In this document: positions 25,548 through 32,000 of the stretch, piece by piece
Numbering within the stretch: the first letter of the stretch is position 1
Layout: every line of letters begins with the position of its first letter
Made by a program: the position numbers and the translations under genes
Assembly: GCF_000091665.1 (NCBI RefSeq)
Contig: NC_000909.1
Span: 443,581-475,580 of the forward strand
Source: Methanocaldococcus jannaschii DSM 2661
GTDB taxonomy: Archaea > AGJL01 > Methanococci > Methanococcales > Methanocaldococcaceae
Reading direction: 5' to 3'
Length of the DNA stretch: 32,000 nt
The notes under the pieces: generated by a model
The model's input: only the letters and a program-made list of their open reading frames with translations
Databases searched by the model: none
What the model was told of the DNA's origin: nothing

Positions 25548-26711
25548 ATGGTGCTTAAAATAAAAGATAATATTTACTGCATGAGTTTTATAGAATGGAA
25601 AATTAAAGAGTATAGGGGATTAGACATTGAAAAAGGGACTACATATAACTCATATCTAATCTTAGATAAAAACAATGTTATAATCGATACTACAAGAATA
25701 AAGTATTTTGATGAATTATTGTCATATTTGAAAGACGTAGCTAATTTGAAATTAGATTATATTATCTCAAACCATATTAGTCCTGACCATAACGAATGCA
25801 TAGAAAAACTTATTGAGCTTACAGAAGCGAAGATTGTGACTACAAAAATTAGAAAATATTATTTAGATGCTCAATTTAATACAAAAGATTGGGAATTTGT
25901 CATTGTAAAAAATGGAGATGAATTAAATATTGGAAATAGAACATTAAAATTTATAACTGATGACAAGTGTGAATATATGCTAACATACTGTGTAGAAGAT
26001 AAAATTCTGTTTTCAAATGATTTATTTAGTCAACATGTGGTTTATAAAGAGAAAATAGACAGTGATATTGGTCATAAAATTATGCTGGATGCTAAGGAGT
26101 ATTTTGCCAATATTTTATTACCATATAGAAAAAGCATCTTAAAAATTCTAAATATCTTGAAGGATTTGGATTTAGAGTATATATGTCCATCACATGGTGT
26201 TATTTGGCATATAATGATTGATGAAATTTTAACAAAATACCGTATGTGGTGTTCTGATTCATATAAAAATACTGCAGTCATTGTATATGCAACTATATAC
26301 TCTTCAACAGAAAAAATAGCCAAAGCCCTTGGAGAGGGATTATCTGAAGAAGGAGTTGATGTAATATACCACAGATTAGATACTTCCCCATTGAACATTA
26401 TAATGAGAGATATCTTAGACGCAAAATACGTATTGGTTGGTTCTCCAACAATAAATATGAATGTGCATCCAAAGGTTGGAATGTTATTAACTTATATAGA
26501 AGGATTAAAGCCAAGTAATAAAAAGATTGGCGTAGCCTTTGGCTCCTATGGTTGGAAAGAATGTGCGACTAAAAAAATAATTGAGGCTTTTAAAAGGTTA
26601 GGGTTTAAAATTGTTGATGATAAGATATTGACATTTAGATTTGCTCCAAAAGAAAATGATATTAAAAAAATTAAAGAGTTTGGTAGAAAGTTAGCAAAAA
26701 TTAACGTCTAA
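25548..26711 (+). CDS. FprA-family flavoprotein (metallo-beta-lactamase-like + flavodoxin-like domains), divergent paralog
   Basis: The domain order and motifs TTYNSYLI, NHISPDH, FSNDLFSQH and PSHGVIW parallel flavodiiron proteins. ATG 25548 follows SD GGTGA. Confidence 0.75.
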   Translation: MVLKIKDNIYCMSFIEWKIKEYRGLDIEKGTTYNSYLILDKNNVIIDTTRIKYFDELLSYLKDVANLKLDYIISNHISPDHNECIEKLIELTEAKIVTTKIRKYYLDAQFNTKDWEFVIVKNGDELNIGNRTLKFITDDKCEYMLTYCVEDKILFSNDLFSQHVVYKEKIDSDIGHKIMLDAKEYFANILLPYRKSILKILNILKDLDLEYICPSHGVIWHIMIDEILTKYRMWCSDSYKNTAVIVYATIYSSTEKIAKALGEGLSEEGVDVIYHRLDTSPLNIIMRDILDAKYVLVGSPTINMNVHPKVGMLLTYIEGLKPSNKKIGVAFGSYGWKECATKKIIEAFKRLGFKIVDDKILTFRFAPKENDIKKIKEFGRKLAKINV

Positions 26712-26745
26712 CTACTTATTATAATATATAAACTGCGGAGTCCTA

Positions 26746-27765
26746 TTAAAAAATATCCAAATACTCCCCAATTATCTTTTTAACATTTTTAACCATTGAT
26801 TTAACTTCATTAGAATTAATAACTGTATAATCCTCTAAATTATCCAACACATCTTTAGCATCAACATATCCATCTAAAAATGCTGGTGGAGCATACTTTA
26901 AACCTATACTGTATCCTCCTTCTAAAACTGCTGTAACACTATATCCGCTTAGCTTAGCTCCTACAAATCTATAAAATGTTTCAGTTAAGTCCATACTTGC
27001 AAGGCCATCATTTATAAATGCATCAAAACCTGCAGAAACTAAAACAGTATCTGGACTAAAGTAATTTAAAATTGGCTCAACAATCTCATTCCATGCAAAT
27101 ATATAATCAGCATCAGTTGAATGTGCTGGGAAAGGAAGATTTATTTTAGTCCCTTTTGCCTCTTCTCCTCCAATATCTAATATATCTCCAGTTCCTGGAT
27201 AGATGCCTCTTTGGTGGAAATCTATATGAATAACTCTATTATCATTCCAGAAGATTTCTTGAGTGCCGTTTCCATGATGCACATCAAAATCAATTATTAT
27301 GACTTTTTTCATATAATTTTTAGCTAATCTTGCAGCTCCTGCTATATTATTAAATATGCAAAAACCGTTTGACATTGCTCCTAAAGCCCTTCCAGAAATT
27401 CCAGCATGATGTCCTGGAGGTCTTGTTAATGCAAAGTATAAATCCCTATCTTTTAATGCTAATTTTACAGCTTCTTTTGCCAATTTAAAGGCAGTTAATG
27501 CTGCGTCTAAGGTTCTATCACAGAGATATGTATCACCATCATAATAGTTAAATGATTTGCTTAGATTTATAATTGAATATACATAATCTCTACTATGAAT
27601 CTCTAAAATCTCATTAATTGTAGATTTTCCTTCAATTAAAACTATATCATCAAAGCCATTAGATTTTAAGCTGTTTAAAATGGTTAAAACTCTCTCTGGA
27701 TTTTCAACATGGTAGGATTTTGGTTTATGCCCTAAAACCTCTGGATTGTATAAAATTTTTGGCAT
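26746..27765 (-). CDS. histone deacetylase / acetoin utilisation (AcuC) / acetylpolyamine amidohydrolase family protein
   Basis: RPPGHHA and DFDVHHGNGTQEIF motifs, then EGGY near the C-terminus. ATG 27765 (MPKILYNPE). Confidence 0.85.
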   Translation of the reverse strand: MPKILYNPEVLGHKPKSYHVENPERVLTILNSLKSNGFDDIVLIEGKSTINEILEIHSRDYVYSIINLSKSFNYYDGDTYLCDRTLDAALTAFKLAKEAVKLALKDRDLYFALTRPPGHHAGISGRALGAMSNGFCIFNNIAGAARLAKNYMKKVIIIDFDVHHGNGTQEIFWNDNRVIHIDFHQRGIYPGTGDILDIGGEEAKGTKINLPFPAHSTDADYIFAWNEIVEPILNYFSPDTVLVSAGFDAFINDGLASMDLTETFYRFVGAKLSGYSVTAVLEGGYSIGLKYAPPAFLDGYVDAKDVLDNLEDYTVINSNEVKSMVKNVKKIIGEYLDIF

Positions 27766-27855
27766 AATGGACACCAAAAAATAGGTTTTTAGTTTAATAT
27801 TTCTCTTTTGGGATATAAAAAATTATTTAGGATATTTTAGAGTGGATAAAAAAGA

Positions 27856-28106
27856 GTTTTTGATACAATATTGTTCTTCTTAAACACGAAATATAGGGTT
27901 GGACAAAAATCGTGGAAAAAGAGAGGAGGTGACTATGATGGGTTTCCATACAATACTGTTCTCCTTAAACAATTTTAGAGATTAGGGGGGAGCCGCCCTC
28001 ACACCTCCCGTTTCCATACAACAATGTTCTTCTTAAACAGACTATCAGATGTAACCGATATTATCGATAAACGTTTAGTTTCCATACAACAATGTTCTTC
28101 TTAAAC
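27856..28106 (-). CRISPR. orphan mini-CRISPR array, 4 repeats and 3 spacers
   Basis: Plus-strand repeats: 27856-27885 GTTTTTGATACAATATTGTTCTTCTTAAAC (degenerate), 27942-27970 GTTTCCATACAATACTGTTCTCCTTAAAC, 28010-28038 and 28078-28106 GTTTCCATACAACAATGTTCTTCTTAAAC. Spacers are 56, 39 and 39 nt. The minus-strand repeat GTTTAAGAAGAACATTGTTGTATGGAAAC ends in GAAAC, and the degenerate repeat is distal to the AT-rich leader on the right. Confidence 0.85.
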
Positions 28107-28695
28107 CCTTTATATTTAGATATATTATAACTAATATTTATACTTTACTATTTAAAATTATTAATAACCAATATTAACATTCAATAAAAACCTTTTATTT
28201 TATCTAATAAATTAACAAAAAACCTCTAATCAAATAATAACCTAAAAATCATATCTTACATCTAAAAAATCTCCCCTATTCATTCAAATCTAAATTTTGA
28301 GTAATACTTTTTTAGTGATAATGATTATTTCAACCAAATAGAGAATTTTTAACTAATAAAATTTAAAATTTTCATTTAAAAATCTTTAAAATCAAAATCT
28401 GATAATGTAATCATTGGATAAATTTTTATCAATTTTTCATATACAAATAAAACATATAAAACCAAAACTATAGAAATCTATTTTTTAATTATCTAAAATT
28501 TCAAAAGTTTTTATTAGTTTTACTCAATTTTAAAGATTATTTTTATAACTCCGATTATTTGATTCTATAAAATTATCTCCATAATAAAATCTTTCATAAA
28601 ATCCCTTTAAATTAAAAAAATCTCAAAAATTAGAAAGTTTTTTATTAAAATAATAATTTTCTATTTGTAGTCCATAAAATCAAATATTCAGATAC
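28107..28695 (-). promoter_or_regulatory. CRISPR leader (about 590 bp, ORF-free, very AT-rich)
   Basis: There is no ORF in any frame. The region abuts the best-conserved repeat, with TATA-like TTATAATATAT / AAATATAAAGG just upstream (minus sense) of the first repeat. Confidence 0.6.
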
Positions 28696-28831
28696 TTACA
28701 ATTTTCCAGCAACTTCATAACCCTTACTAACCATAGGGCTTCGCCCTATTGGGATACCTGGATGCATTGCTTCTTTACAGAAGCAATGCCTCTTCTTTAT
28801 AACTCCTTTGCAACTTCATATCCCTTACTAA
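28696..28831. repeat. palindromic modular element E9 (core 28731-28796: module A + module C) with 25-35-bp direct repeats
   Basis: Module A is CCATAGGGCTTCGCCCTATTGGGATAC (28731-28757), followed by GATGCATTGCTTCTTTACAGAAGCAATGCCTC. It is the reverse complement of the E3 core. DR 28706-28730 CCAGCAACTTCATAACCCTTACTAA pairs with 28806-28830 TTTGCAACTTCATATCCCTTACTAA. Weaker similarity extends to include both stop codons. Confidence 0.85.
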
Positions 28832-29339
28832 ATGCCAATAAGTTTTTCTCTTCAGTTCCCTTTGGAACACTATCTAAAATTGCCTTTTCCATACTTTCCT
28901 TTGAAACAATATTTGTTAATCTTGTTAAAGCTCCTAACATAACTATATTTGCAACAATTGGAAGTTTTATCTCCTCTGATGCAATCCTTGTAAATGGGAT
29001 TTTATACATCGTTACATCAACTTCTGGCATTTTATCTGTTGAAACTAAATCCTCATCAACCAATACAACTCCTCCCTCTTTAATATCATCCTTATACTTA
29101 TCATAAGCCTGCTGTGATAAACAAACCAATATATCCGGCTTTATAACCTTTGGGAAGTCAATTGGCTCATCACTGATAACAACCTCTGACTTACTTGCCC
29201 CCCCTCTTGCTTCCGGCCCATAAGACTGTGTTTGAACTGCCTCTTTATTGTCATACAATGCTGCTGCCCTCCCTAAAATAACTCCAGCCAAAATAATTCC
29301 CTGCCCACCAAATCCAGAGAGTCTTATCTCTTTTCTCAT
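28797..29339 (-). CDS. korG: 2-oxoacid:ferredoxin oxidoreductase gamma subunit (2-oxoglutarate type likely)
   Basis: MRKEIRLSGFGGQGIILAGVILGRAAA... is the typical gamma-subunit N-terminus. SD GGAGGG precedes ATG 29339. Confidence 0.8.
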   Translation of the reverse strand: MRKEIRLSGFGGQGIILAGVILGRAAALYDNKEAVQTQSYGPEARGGASKSEVVISDEPIDFPKVIKPDILVCLSQQAYDKYKDDIKEGGVVLVDEDLVSTDKMPEVDVTMYKIPFTRIASEEIKLPIVANIVMLGALTRLTNIVSKESMEKAILDSVPKGTEEKNLLAFSKGYEVAKEL

Positions 29340-29352
29340 CTTAACCCTCCTT

Positions 29353-30165
29353 TTATTCACTCTTTAACTTCTCAATCAACTTATGCAATTCCTCAACAAA
29401 CTCTGGTTTCTCTATATCTAAAAACTCACCAACAACAATTTTTCCATTCAACTCCTCTTCACTCATATCCTTAGCTTTATTTAAGTGTATTGAGTTCTCT
29501 TTTAAGAATTTAATCATATCAGCTGGCTTTCTTGAGATGTTGAATCTTCCATAGTATGTTGGACATTGAGAGACAACCTCAATAAACGCAAATCCTTTCT
29601 TTTGAATACCCTTCTTAATTGACCTAACAAGCTGAATTGGATGAGCTGTTGTCCATCTTGCTACATAAGTAGCTCCTGCCGCAATCGCCATTTTACACAA
29701 ATCCATAGTATTTTCTATACTACCATAAGGTGCTGTTGTTGCCTTTTTACCATAAGGTGTTGTTGGTGAAACTTGCCCCCCAGTCATTCCATAGATATTA
29801 TTGTTTATACAGATGACAGTTAAATCTATGTTTCTTCTGCATCCATGGATGAAGTGATTTCCACCTATAGCTGCCAAATCTCCGTCCCCAGTAAATACAA
29901 CAACATGTTTATCTGGTCTTGCTATTTTAATTCCTGTTGCAAACGCTATAGGTCTTCCGTGGGTTGTGTGTAAGGAATCACAGTATAAATAACCAGGAAC
30001 TCTTGAAGAACAACCTATACCTGAAACAGCTATATAGTCCTCTGGCTTTATATTTAGCTCTTCAATAGCCTTTAAAAAGCAATTCATAACAATTCCATTT
30101 CCACATCCAGAACAGAAGATGTGTGGCAATCTATCTTGCCTCATGTATTTTAAAGCTGGATGCAA
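29353..30165 (-). CDS. korB: 2-oxoacid:ferredoxin oxidoreductase beta (TPP-binding) subunit (2-oxoglutarate type likely)
   Basis: FCSGCGNG, SGIGCSSR and GDGDLAAIGGNHFIH motifs. The TTG start at 30165 lies 4 nt after GGTGG; ATG 30144 is an alternative. Confidence 0.8.
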   Translation of the reverse strand: MHPALKYMRQDRLPHIFCSGCGNGIVMNCFLKAIEELNIKPEDYIAVSGIGCSSRVPGYLYCDSLHTTHGRPIAFATGIKIARPDKHVVVFTGDGDLAAIGGNHFIHGCRRNIDLTVICINNNIYGMTGGQVSPTTPYGKKATTAPYGSIENTMDLCKMAIAAGATYVARWTTAHPIQLVRSIKKGIQKKGFAFIEVVSQCPTYYGRFNISRKPADMIKFLKENSIHLNKAKDMSEEELNGKIVVGEFLDIEKPEFVEELHKLIEKLKSE

Positions 30166-30246
30166 TTTACCACCTCAAATAATTTTTAATTTATAATGGA
30201 TACCCCAAATAGAGATAGAGTTAAGCCCTATTTTAATCAAACGAAC

Positions 30247-30486
30247 TCATCTCCTCATAACTACCGCATGGCTAAGCTCAAACATTGCTCCCAACCTTTT
30301 AGTAAAAGGTTACTCGAACAACCTTTTAGAAAAGGTTGATCAAAACTTAGTTAAATAGGTATCCCAATAGGGCGAAGCTATGGTGCGTTGATCAAAACAG
30401 ATGCATTACCTCGCTACGCTCGGTAATGCCTCTTAGCATAGCTATTTCCTCATAATTACGGCATGGCTAAGTTCGAACATAGCTCC
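30247..30486. repeat. palindromic modular element E10 (core 30292-30440: two E hairpins + decayed module A + chimeric C/B hairpin) with 45-bp direct repeats
   Basis: Hairpins are AACCTTTTAGTAAAAGGTT and AACCTTTTAGAAAAGGTT. Module A is GTATCCCAATAGGGCGAAGCTATGG (30359-30383), followed by GATGCATTACCTCGCTACGCTCGGTAATGCCTC. DR 30247-30291 versus 30442-30486 is 37/45 identical. Both DR copies still read GAMFELSHAV[V/I]MR[R/K]*. Confidence 0.85.
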
Positions 30487-31224
30487 AGATAGCTCGTTAC
30501 CAATATCTTGAATATCAGCTAAACTTAATTCAATCTCATCTCTTTGGATGGATATAGCAACTGGTAAATACTTATAGGCGATTTCAAACATCTCAAAGGG
30601 ATTACATAACAAATCAACAGCCATTAGTCCATTAAAATTCTCATTATTTTCATTGAAGTTTTTAGTTATAATCTTGTTGATTATAATCTCATCCCTATCC
30701 AAAGAAATAAGCAGGTTTTTTACCACTTCATTTTCATTTTTTCCAATAGCTTCAAACACTGCCTTAACTCTTATAAACCCTTCTTCTTCAAAATCGGCTA
30801 TTTCATCTTCATCATACTTGCCTTTTTTATATCCCTCAACATCTATATCTTTTTTCTCTTTAACATATACATCAAATCCAATCTTATATGTATCCATAAA
30901 TGATTTAAACGCACTTATAACCAAAGCTAAAACTTCATTTATCTCATTAGCTGTGAGTTTTAATTTCTCTGGTTTTATAACTTCAATATCTGCCCCATAT
31001 TTTAAACAGAAGTTTATATAATCCTTAAAGTTATCAAAATTTATCTCAAATTCTCCAATTTTTGTATAAAACTTTAAATTTTCGTCTTCTTCTATGTCTT
31101 CATCTACATATTTAAGTTTAGCATTATATTTTTCTTTCAGCTCATTAGCCAAATTTTCAAATTCTTTTTCAACAATTTCTTTAGAATTTCCTTTAACTTC
31201 CTCTAATGCGTGTATTTTTATCAT
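30442..31224 (-). CDS. acidic hypothetical protein with an internal tandem duplication of an about 125-aa module
   Basis: IKIHALEEVKGNSKEIVEKEFENL aligns with IRVKAVFEAIGKNENEVVKNLLISL. FDNFKDYINFCLKYGADIEVIKPEKLKLTANEINEV aligns with CNPFEMFEIAYKYLPVAISIQRDEIELSLADIQDI. I recognise no family. Confidence 0.65.
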   Translation of the reverse strand: MIKIHALEEVKGNSKEIVEKEFENLANELKEKYNAKLKYVDEDIEEDENLKFYTKIGEFEINFDNFKDYINFCLKYGADIEVIKPEKLKLTANEINEVLALVISAFKSFMDTYKIGFDVYVKEKKDIDVEGYKKGKYDEDEIADFEEEGFIRVKAVFEAIGKNENEVVKNLLISLDRDEIIINKIITKNFNENNENFNGLMAVDLLCNPFEMFEIAYKYLPVAISIQRDEIELSLADIQDIGNELSGAMFELSHAVIMRK

Positions 31225-31248
31225 CTTACCACCAAAAAAAGTAAAAAA

Positions 31249-32000
31249 TTATTCAAATAATGAATATCTTCTTATAACAAAATCTTTTCCAAGAGTTGCT
31301 AAGAAAGCTCCTAACTTTGGCCCGTACTTTTTACCTAAGAGTATCATATACGATGCTTGGAAGGCATCTCTTGGATTTAAGCCAAGTTCTTTTGCTGTTT
31401 GATAAATCAACTCATGCAAGTTTAAAGCATCAAACTCTGCTGTTTTTAATTTTTCAGCGAAGTATTTAATCCATTCTTTTTGTTTATCCTTCAATTTTTC
31501 ATATATCTCTTTTGCCTCATCCTCACTAATTATAACCAACTTTTCTCCATACTTCAAAGCCCAGTTTCTTGCCATTAACAATCTATCTTTCAATTTTTTC
31601 ATGCTGAACTCATCAATATCATCTATACTATAGTTATTTCTTCTTAATATTTCAAATACTCTCTCCATATTAATATCTTCCTTCTCTTCATCATAAGTTA
31701 GCTGAGCAATGATTGAACAGAATCTATATGGTATAACAAACGGCTTAGTTTCAGGGATTTTTGGTGTTGATAACTCATAAATTCTTATCTTTTCTTGTTC
31801 TTCTTCACTTAACTCATCTTTATCTTTGTTGTTAAAGTAGAAATCCTCTAATCTATCATATTCATCCACTAAGTCAGGAATTTTCTTCAAATCAAAGTCT
31901 ATATGCTTTGTTGGCTTACTTCTCAACAATAAGAATCTTAAAATCTCTGGGTGGGCTATATTAGTCCAATCCTTTACAGCAAACACAACACCTTTTGAAG
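31249..32000 (-). CDS. lysK: class I lysyl-tRNA synthetase, C-terminal part (N-terminus beyond window)
   Basis: The frame is open to the window edge. ...NIAHPEILRFLLLRSKPTKHIDFDLKKIPDLVDEYDRLE... resembles the archaeal class I LysRS anticodon-binding and C-terminal region. Confidence 0.8.
   Translation of the reverse strand, partial: SKGVVFAVKDWTNIAHPEILRFLLLRSKPTKHIDFDLKKIPDLVDEYDRLEDFYFNNKDKDELSEEEQEKIRIYELSTPKIPETKPFVIPYRFCSIIAQLTYDEEKEDINMERVFEILRRNNYSIDDIDEFSMKKLKDRLLMARNWALKYGEKLVIISEDEAKEIYEKLKDKQKEWIKYFAEKLKTAEFDALNLHELIYQTAKELGLNPRDAFQASYMILLGKKYGPKLGAFLATLGKDFVIRRYSLFE

Noticed and set aside
27886-28009. CRISPR spacers 1 and 2 contain GAGGAGGTG and ACACCTCC, suggesting they might target module B of the palindromic elements (self-targeting).
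   Set aside because: The matches are only 8-9 nt and correspond to generic SD/anti-SD sequence. There is no extended identity to any element copy in the window.
30196-30235. A possible eleventh element fragment (GGATACCCCAAATAGAGATAGAGTTAAGCCCTATTT) next to the korB start.
   Set aside because: It is too degenerate to call with confidence. It is mentioned only as a possible decayed module A and is not listed as a feature.
9482-30440. The GC-rich hairpins as tRNA or other classical ncRNA genes, or as intrinsic terminators.
   Set aside because: No cloverleaf, anticodon arm or C/D box motifs could be drawn. Most of the hairpins lie between co-oriented, formerly overlapping cistrons of one operon, and they lack the oligo-T tracts that archaeal termination relies on.

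Overview
This is an AT-rich (about 30% GC) archaeal chromosome segment. Gene content and order fit a hyperthermophilic Methanocaldococcus-type methanogen, resembling the M. jannaschii aroA-to-lysK region (an identification from memory, not a search). Left to right the window holds: aroA (5' end cut by the window), aksA-type homocitrate synthase, two conserved hypotheticals, hisH, tbp, and the L1-P0-P1 ribosomal protein operon with its L1 autoregulatory mRNA mimic. Next comes a small junk island: a decayed CRISPR remnant, an HTH mini-ORF and a multiply disrupted HTH-LAGLIDADG gene coupled to thyA. After two OB-fold/Zn-ribbon hypotheticals, about 10 kb on the minus strand is a complete energy-converting [NiFe] hydrogenase A (eha) operon with three polyferredoxins. 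Further right are an XRE-type HTH gene, a ZPR1 zinc-finger protein, a Usp protein, a ferredoxin plus geranylgeranyl reductase pair, a divergent FprA-like flavoprotein, an HDAC-family deacetylase, a 4-repeat orphan CRISPR array with a long AT-rich leader, korB-korG, an acidic internally duplicated hypothetical, and class I lysyl-tRNA synthetase (cut by the window). The most striking signal is a family of ten modular GC-rich palindromic inserts, seven of them in or bordering the eha operon. Each sits exactly on a gene boundary and is bracketed by a 22-46 bp direct duplication of that boundary (stop codon, SD, start codon, first or last codons). One pair is 35/35 identical. Other points: an apparent 1-nt frameshift in ehaE, decoy start sites created by the duplications, and an SD/anti-SD hairpin module. 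Many ORF-track starts are GTG/TTG codons lying inside the SD, so I moved those starts to the ATG placed 4-8 nt after a GGTGA-type SD.
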